A stretch of DNA of 49,831 bases from Candidatus Acidiferrales bacterium (GTDB lineage: Bacteria > Verrucomicrobiota > Verrucomicrobiia > Limisphaerales > UBA11358): positions 1 through 49,831 of the forward strand of contig DATHQS010000221.1 in assembly GCA_035482455.1 (NCBI GenBank). Direction: 5' to 3'. A program made the position numbers and the translations under genes. The notes under the pieces are model-generated. The model searched no databases. It was not told where the DNA came from and saw only the letters and a program-made list of their open reading frames with translations. The number at the start of each line of letters is the position of its first letter. The first letter of the stretch is position 1. Of the stretch, positions 15,409 through 24,567 are shown piece after piece.

Positions 15409-17568
15409 TCAACTCTCCCGCTTGCTAAATTCCCGGATCATCGCCTTCCACCACGGCGCGAGCTTTTCCTCGGGGCGCACCCAGGCCTGTTGATGCAGCC
15501 AGACCATCACGCGCTGGTCGGCCATCACGGCCATGCGTTCGGAGGACTTCAGCTTATCCGGGCCGGTGGCGAGAAGTTTTTCGCCCAGTTCACGCACGGC
15601 GTCGCTGCCCGCGCCGATGCGCGTGAAATGCTCGGCATACATGGGGTTCAGCTGTTTCTCGCGCAGCAACATCACGTGGATGGCGTTGACGTACGGGTCC
15701 AGGACGGCGTTCGCCAGGCCGGCGTGCGGACGGCAGCGCTTGGATTCCGTCTCGTCCTCCGTCAGCTCGTGGATCTTCATCCGGGACCGGAGCGAGACTA
15801 GCTCCATCGGCGGCTTGGTCTCCTCCGGCGTCAGGAACAGGCTTAGGCTCTTCGCCCGGGTGCCGAGGCTGCGGCGGCTGGTCAGCACGCTCAGGGGAAT
15901 GGAGAAAACCATCCCTGCCAGCACCGGGGTGAACCACCAGAACAGGCCCGGGTTCAGTTCCCAGGTGGCCCAGCCCCACAGCAGGCCGATCAGCGTGTGG
16001 CCCCAATGCCGTTGCGCGGCGTAGAGCCAGTCCGTGCCGTCCGCCGTGCGGCGTTGCGTGGTCCAGCCCACGCTGATGCCCGCGATGTTCGTCAGCACAA
16101 AGCGCGTGTGCCAGAGCATCAGCAGCGGCGCGTGCAACGTGGAAAAGATGGTTTCGCCGATGACCCCGCCGGTGGCATTGAGCAGGCCGCCGAATTGCTT
16201 GCGGCGCGGCCAGTCAAGGGAGAGATCGATCAGCGAGAGAAATTTCGGCAGCATGATCACCACCATGCAGATGACGAAGATCAAGAAGGCGTGCTCCGTC
16301 GGGCTCAGGCCGGCGAGGTAGGGGTTGAACGCCTGCACCTGGATGTCGGACAGATCGGTATATTTTTGCGCGCAGTAGATCCAGTCGTACGTGATCAGGA
16401 ACGCCAGCCACAACGGGCTGGCCACATAGCCGAAGATGCCGAAGAACAGGTGCAGCCGGCTCACCCCGCGCAGGCCCTTGCCGAAGATGACCAGCCCGTG
16501 TTGCAGGTTGCCCTGGCACCAGCGCCGTTCGCGCTGGGCGTTTTCGATGAGCGCCTGCGGGGCTTCCTCGTAGCTCCCCTCAAGGTCGTAGGCCATCCAC
16601 ACCTGCCAGTTTTCCCGCAGCATGAGCGCGGCCTCCACGAAATCGTGCGAAAGGATCTGCCCGCCGAACGGCTTGCGGCCCGGCAGATGCGGCAGGTCGC
16701 AGTATTGCATGAACGGCTCAGTGCGGATGATGGCGTTATGGCCCCAGTAATTGCCGAAATCGAGCGCCCAGTAATTCAAGCCGGAGATGAACACCGGCGC
16801 ATACAGGCGGTTGGCAAATTGCTGGATGCGCCCGAACAGCGATTCCGCGTTCACCAGCGCCGGCACGGTCTGGATGAGGCCGGTGGTGGGATGCGCCTCC
16901 ATCAGCTTCACCAGGTCCACGAGGGTTTCCCCGCGCATCACACTGTCGGCATCGCAGCAGACGAAGTAACGGTAGCGTTTGCCCCAGGTGTTGAGGAAAT
17001 CGCGCACGTTGCCGCTTTTGCGTTCCTCATTGAAGAGCCGGCGGCGGTAATAGATTTTGCCGAGCGCATCGAGATCGCGCACCAATTCGCACCAGTTGGC
17101 TTCCTCCTCGACCCAGCGGTCGGGATTCGTGGAATCGCTCAGGATGAAGAAGTCAAATTTGCCGATCTGCCCGGTGCGCTCGATGGATTCGTAGGTGGCG
17201 CGCAACCCTTCGAGCACGCGGACGGAATCCTCGTTGTAAATGGGGAAGATGATGGCGGTGCTGGTGCCCTCGATATTCTGATCCTTGTACGGTTTTAACC
17301 CGGTGATGCGGCTGCGGGTGCCGAAGATGCGGATGAAAAAGCCGTACACGCCGTGCATGCAGCCAACGGCCGTGAGCAGAAACAGGATGATGAACAGCAC
17401 CAGCAGCACCGTGCGCGCGGCGCTCCAGCCGCTGCGCCAGAGCAGGTCGGCGAACAGCAGCGAGACAAAGCCGGTCAGGACGAGGGCCGAGGTGAAAAAA
17501 CAAAACAGCCGCCAGCCGCGCCGGAGACGCGGGAGCGGGGCGTTCACGATGGTCGGGGCGTCAGCCAT
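15409..17568 (-). CDS. opgH: Glucans biosynthesis glucosyltransferase H (GT2, OPG synthesis)
   Basis: FPIYNED, FFILSDSTNPD, FVCCDADSVM, QRERRWCQGNLQH, multiple TM segments, adjacent to opgG. Confidence 0.9.
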   Translation of the reverse strand: MADAPTIVNAPLPRLRRGWRLFCFFTSALVLTGFVSLLFADLLWRSGWSAARTVLLVLFIILFLLTAVGCMHGVYGFFIRIFGTRSRITGLKPYKDQNIEGTSTAIIFPIYNEDSVRVLEGLRATYESIERTGQIGKFDFFILSDSTNPDRWVEEEANWCELVRDLDALGKIYYRRRLFNEERKSGNVRDFLNTWGKRYRYFVCCDADSVMRGETLVDLVKLMEAHPTTGLIQTVPALVNAESLFGRIQQFANRLYAPVFISGLNYWALDFGNYWGHNAIIRTEPFMQYCDLPHLPGRKPFGGQILSHDFVEAALMLRENWQVWMAYDLEGSYEEAPQALIENAQRERRWCQGNLQHGLVIFGKGLRGVSRLHLFFGIFGYVASPLWLAFLITYDWIYCAQKYTDLSDIQVQAFNPYLAGLSPTEHAFLIFVICMVVIMLPKFLSLIDLSLDWPRRKQFGGLLNATGGVIGETIFSTLHAPLLMLWHTRFVLTNIAGISVGWTTQRRTADGTDWLYAAQRHWGHTLIGLLWGWATWELNPGLFWWFTPVLAGMVFSIPLSVLTSRRSLGTRAKSLSLFLTPEETKPPMELVSLRSRMKIHELTEDETESKRCRPHAGLANAVLDPYVNAIHVMLLREKQLNPMYAEHFTRIGAGSDAVRELGEKLLATGPDKLKSSERMAVMADQRVMVWLHQQAWVRPEEKLAPWWKAMIREFSKRES

Positions 17569-18205
17569 TTTGCTTGAACCAGTCGATCACCCCTTGGAAC
17601 TGGGCGTTCACCGTGTCAAACCCGCCGTGCGTGAGCCAGAACAGCGCGACCAGCAGCAGCGCAAAGCCCGTCCACACCACGGTCATGCGCACGTAGGGCA
17701 TCCGCCCGAAATTGGTGAGCGTGGTGATGGGGCCGAGGTCGAGCGGCCGCGGGGTCATCTTCGAGAGCTGGAAATCCGGGCCGGCGCGGAAGAAGCTTTC
17801 GCGCATGGAATCCACAAATTCCTGCGGCCACGGGCCGGGGCGGAGAAACTGGTCCTGCCATTTGCCGGGCATGTCCGCGAGCAGCAAGGCCAGCCGGCCG
17901 CGCGTGGAAAGCGTCTGCTCGCTGCCGACGGGCGAGGTCTGCAGCACCTGCGCGAACCAGTCGGTCACGATGCGGTCCATCTCCTCGGCGGCGATCTCCG
18001 TCGCGGTACGTTTGGGCTCTTCCGGCGCGCGCCGCTGGGCGCGCTCGAGCACGCGCAGCACCAGCTGGCCCAACAGGGGCTTGTTGCGGATGCGGAGGGC
18101 GTGAAAGTAGTTCTCCACCTTCACATACGCCGCGTTCCACTCTTCCAGCGAGCGCCCGGCAATCTCGCCGGACACGTCGGGCAGAATTTTTAGGGCGGGC
18201 TCCAT
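17561..18205 (-). CDS. Hypothetical protein with a C-terminal TM helix, nested between opgG and opgH
   Basis: 214 aa. ATG 18205 lies 16 nt inside the opgG 3' end. Stop 17561..17563 overlaps the opgH ATG (ATGGCTGA). Single TM segment VVWTGFALLLVALFWL. No recognisable family. Confidence 0.55.
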   Translation of the reverse strand: MEPALKILPDVSGEIAGRSLEEWNAAYVKVENYFHALRIRNKPLLGQLVLRVLERAQRRAPEEPKRTATEIAAEEMDRIVTDWFAQVLQTSPVGSEQTLSTRGRLALLLADMPGKWQDQFLRPGPWPQEFVDSMRESFFRAGPDFQLSKMTPRPLDLGPITTLTNFGRMPYVRMTVVWTGFALLLVALFWLTHGGFDTVNAQFQGVIDWFKQNG

Positions 18206-19761
18206 TGATAGACCCAGGTTTCTCCGATGACGTTCGTGCCCGACTGCAACGTGCAGCGCAGGTCCACCGTCTCATTGCTGTCCGGCTTGGGCAACATCTT
18301 CACGATGACGCGCCACGTGCCCAGATAAGTGTTTCGCATCACGAAATTGTCCACGATCCTCGCCCCGCCGCTGCAACTGGCGACGGCCACCGGCGGCTTG
18401 TCCTCGGGTATCTTGTCGAACTTCGGGCCGTCAAAATCAATCACGAACTGCCGGGCGCCCTTGAACTGCGCGTCCAGCCCCACGCGGGTGGAGACGACGC
18501 GGTCCGGCGAACGTTTCAAATCCGCATCGCCGCCTTCCCAGTGCAGCGTGTAGCCAAAACGGAACGGCTCAAGCGGCGCGGGCTTGTTTTTCGGATCCCA
18601 GAACGCGACGATGTTGTCCAATCCTTCATACCCGGTGCTCAATTCGAGTAGATGCAGGTCGCCCTCGCCCCAGTTGCCATCCGGCTCCACCCAGACGCTC
18701 GGCACCTGATGGTACAGGTTGAATGAGTCTTGATACGCCGCAAAATTTCGTTCCCGTTGCATCAGGCCAAACCCCTTGATGCTGGGCGCGGAAAAGACCT
18801 GGTGGCGCATCGCGGACGGATTATCGAGCGGACGGAAGAAGACTTCGCCGTTGCCCATGTGGACGAGCAATCCGTCGCTGTCGTGGACCTCGGTGCGGTA
18901 GTCGTCGAACTTGCGTTCCGTGTTCTTGCCGAACCAGAACATGCTGGTGAGCGGCGCGAGGCCGAAGGTCTTCGTCGGCTTGCGGTTCCTGTCCACGGCG
19001 GCGATTTGCTTCGGCTCACGGAAATAGACCACGGCCCGGATGCTGGCGGTGGTGGTGTCGCCGGGATGGATGAAAAATTCATACGCACCCGCGCAACTCA
19101 CACTGTCGAGGATCGCAAAAATATGCAGCGAATCATCGTTGGTGCTGGCGGGTTTGCCAAGCCACCAGTCGGTGAAGATGGGAAATTCCTCCGGCCGGTC
19201 ACTTTCGCCGCAATCCAAAGCCAGCCCGCGCGCCGATTCGCCGTAGCGCAGGTTCTTGCCCAGCAGGCGGAAGTAGCTCGCGCCCAGGAACGAGCCGAGT
19301 TCATCCCAGCGGTCCGTGGTGTTGAGCTCGGTCAGGATGCGAAAGCCCGCGTAGCCCGTGTCCGAGGGGATCTGTTTGCCGATGTTCAGGCTGTGATAAT
19401 TGAAGAAATCCTGCACGAACCGGATGGGCTGGGTGTGCGAGGCGGTGAATTCGTTGATATGCACCGGCTCGTGATAGATGTAGCCCGGATGGAAAAACTC
19501 CGCATGGAACGGCAGCCCGGCCGCCGCCCACAGCGCCCGGTCGTGGCGGAACTCGATCTGTCGGTACTTGTCGTAATCGAGGTTTTCCGGACGCAGGACG
19601 AACGGGAGGTCGACATGGGGCGAGTGGAACGGCGCCTTGGCCCGCTCAAGGGCGCGCTGGGCCACATAGTCAAGGTTGACCTCGGCGGTTTCCGCGCCAA
19701 AGCCCACCGACGTCCGCAGCACACTTCCGATAATCAGCAACAGGCCAAAGGCTCGCCACAT
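18190..19761 (-). CDS. opgG: Periplasmic glucan biosynthesis protein OpgG/MdoG
   Basis: Sec-type signal MWRAFGLLLIIGSVLRTSVGFGAE. MdoG-family blocks FHAEFFHPGYIY, FRILTELN, YFRLLGKN, PEEFPIFTDWWL. Confidence 0.9.
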   Translation of the reverse strand: MWRAFGLLLIIGSVLRTSVGFGAETAEVNLDYVAQRALERAKAPFHSPHVDLPFVLRPENLDYDKYRQIEFRHDRALWAAAGLPFHAEFFHPGYIYHEPVHINEFTASHTQPIRFVQDFFNYHSLNIGKQIPSDTGYAGFRILTELNTTDRWDELGSFLGASYFRLLGKNLRYGESARGLALDCGESDRPEEFPIFTDWWLGKPASTNDDSLHIFAILDSVSCAGAYEFFIHPGDTTTASIRAVVYFREPKQIAAVDRNRKPTKTFGLAPLTSMFWFGKNTERKFDDYRTEVHDSDGLLVHMGNGEVFFRPLDNPSAMRHQVFSAPSIKGFGLMQRERNFAAYQDSFNLYHQVPSVWVEPDGNWGEGDLHLLELSTGYEGLDNIVAFWDPKNKPAPLEPFRFGYTLHWEGGDADLKRSPDRVVSTRVGLDAQFKGARQFVIDFDGPKFDKIPEDKPPVAVASCSGGARIVDNFVMRNTYLGTWRVIVKMLPKPDSNETVDLRCTLQSGTNVIGETWVYQWSPP

Positions 19762-19886
19762 TCAGCTAAAGAGAAACCAAACCGGCCCAATTTGCAAGTT
19801 TACACGCGGCGGCGGAAAGATGCCGGTCCGAAAAAAGTCAATCCAAACTTTACCGCCGCAAAGGGTTGTGGACGCCAACCGCGGGG

Positions 19887-20753
19887 TCAAGGTGCCGCCG
19901 CCGGACTGCCAGCAGGCTTCACGAAGCAGTACGAGCGGTAGGAAAGTTCGCCCCCGGCCAGCGCATTATAAATCCGCGAACCCCGTGTGCCGGCAAAGTC
20001 CCGGCCCAAACCATGCAAGAATTTCGGCAGATGCCGCGCGATCAGGGCCTGTGAGCGCACGGAATTCTGCTCCATGCCGCGCAGGACCTCGGCGTTGATG
20101 TTGCGGGTTTGCTGCAGTTTGAGCGGGGCGGCGGCCAGCGCGGAATCCCACTCGTTCCACCGTTCCTGAAAACGGAAGTCCGCATAGAGAAAATGCCCGC
20201 CGGGCCGCAACACCCGCGCAACTTCCGCCAGAAAACGCGGGAAATCAGGATAACAATGCGAGGCTTCGACATTGATGACCGCATCAAACTTGTCCGGGGC
20301 AAACGGCAGGTTCCCCGCATCGCCTTGGATGAACTCCAATCCGTCCAGCCGATGGTGTTCGCGGCAAAAACTGATCCCGGTCGGGTTCAGGTCCAGCGCG
20401 GTATAGCTTTTCGGTTGCAGCGTGCGGGTCAGATACGATGCGCCACCGCCATGGCCACAGCTCACTTCCAGCACATTTTTACCGGCCAAGGGCGCTTGCG
20501 TGGCGACGTGGTGATAAAGCTGGATGCAGGCGCGGTTGGTCTCGTCGCCGGGCGACAACGGGATGTTCATCGGCGGCGCCTCCTCGAATGCGTAGTTCAA
20601 AAACAGGACGTCATCCCTGCGCAGCCGCCGGGTGAGGAAGGGATACCAGAGCCGCCAGATGGCCTTGCGGACCGGGGCAACGGAAAACAGATAGTCAATG
20701 ACGGGCACGCGCCAGCTTTGCGTAAAGCGCGGTGGAAGCCAATCTTGTTCCAT
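19887..20753 (-). CDS. Class I SAM-dependent methyltransferase
   Basis: Motif [16 protein letters not shown], post-[18 protein letters not shown]. Starts 22 nt after the ABC-2 permease gene on the same strand. Confidence 0.8.
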   Translation of the reverse strand: MEQDWLPPRFTQSWRVPVIDYLFSVAPVRKAIWRLWYPFLTRRLRRDDVLFLNYAFEEAPPMNIPLSPGDETNRACIQLYHHVATQAPLAGKNVLEVSCGHGGGASYLTRTLQPKSYTALDLNPTGISFCREHHRLDGLEFIQGDAGNLPFAPDKFDAVINVEASHCYPDFPRFLAEVARVLRPGGHFLYADFRFQERWNEWDSALAAAPLKLQQTRNINAEVLRGMEQNSVRSQALIARHLPKFLHGLGRDFAGTRGSRIYNALAGGELSYRSYCFVKPAGSPAAAP

Positions 20754-20775
20754 GCCGTGAAAAGCTCTTCGGATT

Positions 20776-21915
20776 TCAATCCAGTGTCTGGCGGTAGCGT
20801 TTGATGCCGATGGTCAGCATCACCACGAGGAACAGCGCGATGGGCCACAGGTCCGGCGCGCATTCCACGATGCCATTCCCTTTCAGCAGGATGCCGCGCA
20901 CGATGCGGAGAAAATGTGTGAGCGGCAAACATTCGCCGATGTCCTGCGCCCAGCCGGGCATCCCGCGAAAGGGGAACATATAGCCCGACAGCAGGATGTT
21001 CGGCAGGAAGAAAAACATCCCCATCTGCATGGCCTGCCGCTGGTTTTGGGCCAAGGTGGAAAACGTGATGCCGACTGCGAGATGCGCAACAATGAAGAGA
21101 AATGCCAGCACCAGCAGTAACGGCACGCTACCCACGATTGGCACGCTGAACAGGAATTTTGCCGCCACCAGAATGAGAAATACCTGGATATAGCCCACCA
21201 TGATGTAGGGAACGATCTTGCCCATGATGACTTCACCGGGGTGTACCGGCGTGGACAGGAGGTTTTCCATCGTGCCGCTCTCGCGCTCGCGCGTGATGGC
21301 GAGGCCGGTGAACATCACCATTGTCATCGTCAAAATCACTGCCATGAGGCCGGGCACGATGTTGTACTGGCTGATGTTCTCCGGGTTGTAATGCTGGTGC
21401 GTGGTGATGGTGAACGGCGGGGCGCCCGCGCGCAACTTGGCCAGCGGCCCGGTGAGGTCACGGTTCACCACCGTCAGGGCGAGCTGGTTGATGGCCGACA
21501 TCGCAAAGCCCACGGCGGCCGGGTCGGTCGCATCCGCCTCGAGCAGCAGGTCCGGCTTTTCCCCGCGCAGCAGCTTCCGGGAGAAATCCACCGGAATGGT
21601 CATAGCGAACTGGACCTTGCCCTCCGCGAGCATCGTTTTGATCTCGTCCTCGCTGTGCGCCTCGCGCGTGATGTCAAAATAGCTGCTGTTGCGCAGCGCC
21701 CACACGATGGTCCGGGAAAACTGGCTGTTGTCCGCCGCGTAGACCGCCGTCGGCAGGTGCTTCGGGTTCGAGTTGATGGCGTAGCCGAACAGCGTCAACT
21801 GGATCAGCGGAATGCCGATCATCATCGCGAACGTCATCCGGTCGCGCCGCATCTGGATGAACTCCTTGATGACGACCGCCCAGAAGCGGCGGAAATTGAA
21901 GGCGTACCTGGTCAT
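20776..21915 (-). CDS. ABC-2 type transporter permease (YbhS/YhhJ-like)
   Basis: 379 aa. N-terminal cytoplasmic [13 protein letters not shown], large periplasmic loop, then 5 C-terminal TM segments. Typical ABC-2 architecture. Confidence 0.85.
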   Translation of the reverse strand: MTRYAFNFRRFWAVVIKEFIQMRRDRMTFAMMIGIPLIQLTLFGYAINSNPKHLPTAVYAADNSQFSRTIVWALRNSSYFDITREAHSEDEIKTMLAEGKVQFAMTIPVDFSRKLLRGEKPDLLLEADATDPAAVGFAMSAINQLALTVVNRDLTGPLAKLRAGAPPFTITTHQHYNPENISQYNIVPGLMAVILTMTMVMFTGLAITRERESGTMENLLSTPVHPGEVIMGKIVPYIMVGYIQVFLILVAAKFLFSVPIVGSVPLLLVLAFLFIVAHLAVGITFSTLAQNQRQAMQMGMFFFLPNILLSGYMFPFRGMPGWAQDIGECLPLTHFLRIVRGILLKGNGIVECAPDLWPIALFLVVMLTIGIKRYRQTLD

Positions 21916-21935
21916 GCCCAGGCCTCCCGTGCAAA

Positions 21936-22071
21936 AATGACTAAGGACGAAGACCTAATGACTAATGAATGACGAAGCTCGAATGACGAATGGAAGAATG
22001 AGGCGTCTATCCGCCATTCGTCATTCGTCATTTGAAATTGATTCGTCATTAGGATTTAGAAATTAGTCATT
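21936..22071. repeat. Nested palindromic ATGAC-word element between the ABC ATPase and permease genes
   Basis: Perfect 14-bp inverted repeat CGAATGACGAATGG (21980..21993) / CCATTCGTCATTCG (22014..22027). Outer arms cctaatgactaatgaatgacgaag versus ttcgtcattagg...aattagtcatt. The left arm recurs at 33211..33253. Confidence 0.75.
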
Positions 22072-22995
22072 GGCGAAGTTGTCCTTCGCCGTGTCCATCA
22101 GGCTGATGAACACATCTTCCAGGCCGGCTTCAATCTTGGTCCAGCGGTGCGCATTGGTCATGAACGGCGCGATGCTGGCGCGGAGTTTTTCCGCATCCCG
22201 CCCGCTGACGTGCACCGTCGTGCCGAACGCCACCACCTGCTCTACGCCCGGCAGGCCGCGGATTTTATCCTCCAGCGCGGGAAGGTTTTCGCCGGCAACT
22301 TCCCACGTGGTGAGCCCGCCGGCCTTCACCACCTCGTCCACGGTGCCGCGGGCGAGCAGGTTGCCATAGGCGATGTAGGCGAGGCGATGGCAGCGCGAAG
22401 CCTCGTCCATGTAATGCGTCGTGATGAGCACCGTCAGGCCGCCGGCCGCCAGCCGGTGGAGCTCATCCCAAAAGTCGCGGCGCGCCTTTGGGTCCACGCC
22501 TGCCGTCGGCTCGTCGAGCAGGAGCAGTTGCGGTTCGTGGATGAGGCAGGCGGCCAGCGCCAGCCGCTGCTTCCAGCCGCCGGAAAGCGAGCCGGCCAGT
22601 TGTTTGCGCCGCTCCGCCATGCCGAGCCGTTCCAGGCTTTTTTCCACGGCCGCCTTGCGCTGCGGTATTTCATACAGCCGCGCGATGAAATCGAGGTTTT
22701 CCTGGATGCTCAGGTCCTCGTAGAAGGAGAACTTTTGCGTCATGTAACCGACGTGCTTTTTGATCGTGGCGGACTCCTTGCGGAAATCCAGGCCGAGACA
22801 CTGGCCGCTGCCGCCATCGGGCGTGAGCAGGCCGCAGAGCATCCGCAAAAACGTGGTCTTGCCACTGCCGTTCGGGCCAAGGAAACCGTAGATCTCGCCC
22901 GGCCGCACCTGCATGGCGATGTCATTGACCACGGTGCGGGTGCCGAAACGCTTCGTCACGCCGCTCACGTCAATGGCATAGGCGGGTGCGCTCAT
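22063..22995 (-). CDS. ABC transporter ATP-binding protein (single NBD, YbhF-like)
   Basis: GPNGSGKTT, LSGGWKQRLALA, LLLLDEPTAGVD. The track start is GTG 23001 (overlaps the HlyD stop); ATG 22995 is the alternative I prefer. Confidence 0.9.
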   Translation of the reverse strand: MSAPAYAIDVSGVTKRFGTRTVVNDIAMQVRPGEIYGFLGPNGSGKTTFLRMLCGLLTPDGGSGQCLGLDFRKESATIKKHVGYMTQKFSFYEDLSIQENLDFIARLYEIPQRKAAVEKSLERLGMAERRKQLAGSLSGGWKQRLALAACLIHEPQLLLLDEPTAGVDPKARRDFWDELHRLAAGGLTVLITTHYMDEASRCHRLAYIAYGNLLARGTVDEVVKAGGLTTWEVAGENLPALEDKIRGLPGVEQVVAFGTTVHVSGRDAEKLRASIAPFMTNAHRWTKIEAGLEDVFISLMDTAKDNFAND

Positions 22996-22997
22996 GA

Positions 22998-23810
22998 TCA
23001 CTGCAATTTCACATCCACCGGCTGGCCGGGCCGCACTTCCGCCGCGTCGGCCGCGGAAAATTTCGCCTCGATCATGAAGACCAGGTTGGCGCGCGTCTCG
23101 CGGCTGAAGATCACCGGCGGCGTGTATTCGGACTGCGTGGAGATGTAATTGATCGTCGCGGCATAGGTTTTGCCGCTGCCATCAAACGTCACACTGGCCG
23201 TCGCCCCGATTTTGATCTGCGGCAGCGCGGCCTGTGGCACGAAGAAGCGCACCTTGAGATTTTCCGGCGGCAGCAGGGCGATGACCGGGTTGCCGGCCGC
23301 CACCCATTCGCCCTGACGATACAGGGTGTCCTGCACAAAGGCGTTGGTCGGGGCGGACTGCTGCTTCTGGTCGAACGACCATTGGGCCTTGTCGAGTGCG
23401 GCGGATTGCGCGGCGACCTGCGCCACGGCCGTGTCGTGGTCGGTGCGCGCCTTGTCGAGTTCCTCGGCAGACACGACGGCGGACGGGTTTTCGCGGAGTT
23501 CCTTGCGACGTTGATACGTGGACTGCGCCATGTCCTCACCGGCCTTCGCCTGGGCGAGATTTTTCTGCGCCTGGTCGAGCGCGGCGGCTTCGGACTGGCG
23601 TTCGAGCTCAAACAACAGCTGCCCGGCCTTCACGGTATCACCGCGCGCGACCGCCAGTTTGGCGAGCGCCCCGCCGAGCGGCGAGGCGACATAGACGTAC
23701 TCGCCCTCGACGTAGCCTTGGTAGGTGCCGGGCGACTTGCCGGAGCAGCCGGCCAGCACCGCCGCAAGAAAGATGAGGCCGGAAAGGGTTAAAAATCGGC
23801 TGGTTTTCAT
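22998..23810 (-). CDS. HlyD-family membrane-fusion/periplasmic adaptor lipoprotein (YbhG-like)
   Basis: MKTSRFLTLSGLIFLAAVLAGCSG lipobox, barrel-sandwich plus coiled-coil pattern (VKAGQLLFELE...AQAKAGEDMAQSTYQRRKEL). The track start is TTG 23822; I prefer ATG 23810. Confidence 0.85.
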   Translation of the reverse strand: MKTSRFLTLSGLIFLAAVLAGCSGKSPGTYQGYVEGEYVYVASPLGGALAKLAVARGDTVKAGQLLFELERQSEAAALDQAQKNLAQAKAGEDMAQSTYQRRKELRENPSAVVSAEELDKARTDHDTAVAQVAAQSAALDKAQWSFDQKQQSAPTNAFVQDTLYRQGEWVAAGNPVIALLPPENLKVRFFVPQAALPQIKIGATASVTFDGSGKTYAATINYISTQSEYTPPVIFSRETRANLVFMIEAKFSAADAAEVRPGQPVDVKLQ

Positions 23811-23858
23811 CGGAATATTCAACTGATACGAACAAAGAACGAAATTTTTATTGACGTG

Positions 23859-23874
23859 TCAAACAAATGTTTGA
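23859..23874. promoter_or_regulatory. Candidate TetR operator TCAAACA-AA-TGTTTGA in the divergent promoter region
   Basis: Perfect 7-N2-7 palindrome just downstream of TTGACG (23851..23856), between the divergent HlyD and TetR genes. A further TGTTTGAAAC half-site follows at 23881. Confidence 0.45.
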
Positions 23875-23890
23875 ATCTTGTGTTTGAAAC

Positions 23891-24556
23891 GTGAAACTCA
23901 AATCAGAAATCAAGCCGGCCGAACCCAATCCGGACGAGACGCGGCAAATGCTTTTGGAGGCGGCGGGCGAAGTGTTCGCCGAGGCCGGTTTTCGCAACGC
24001 CACCGTCCGCGAGATCTGCCGGCGCGCCGGCGCGAACATCGCCGCGGTCAATTACCATTTCGGCGACAAGGAGCGGCTGTATTCCGAGGTGCTGCGCTAT
24101 TCGCACGGCAAGACGCTGGAGAAATACCCGCCGCTGCTCGGCCTGGCGGAGAATGCGCCACCAGAAAAAAAACTGCGCGCGTTTGTCCTCTCCCTGTTGC
24201 TGCGGATTTTTGACACCGGCCCGACCTCGTGGCATGGTCGCCTGATGGCGCGGGAGATGATCGAGCCGTCGGCGGCACTGGATTCGCTGGTGGAGGAACG
24301 CATCCGGCCGATGGCCGCCCAACTCTCGAAGATTGTGGCGGAAATCCTCAACCGGCCGGTCACCGATGAATGCGTGCGGCTCTGCGCGTTCAGCGTGGTG
24401 AGCCAGTGCACCTTTTACAAGCATTGCAATCCGGTGGTGATGCGGCTGTTTCCGAAGCAATCGGAGATGGATGCGGCCGCCATCGAACAGATCGCCGACC
24501 ACATCACCAAGTTTTCGCTGGCGGCATTGAAAAGTTTTATTGAAAAGAAGCGTTGA
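23891..24556 (+). CDS. TetR/AcrR-family transcriptional regulator (YbiH/CecR-like context)
   Basis: HTH LLEAAGEVFAEAGFRNATVREICRRAGANIAAVNYHFGDKERLY. GTG start at 23891. Divergent from the HlyD-ABC operon. Confidence 0.85.
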   Translation: MKLKSEIKPAEPNPDETRQMLLEAAGEVFAEAGFRNATVREICRRAGANIAAVNYHFGDKERLYSEVLRYSHGKTLEKYPPLLGLAENAPPEKKLRAFVLSLLLRIFDTGPTSWHGRLMAREMIEPSAALDSLVEERIRPMAAQLSKIVAEILNRPVTDECVRLCAFSVVSQCTFYKHCNPVVMRLFPKQSEMDAAAIEQIADHITKFSLAALKSFIEKKR

Positions 24557-24567
24557 GTTTTAGGATT

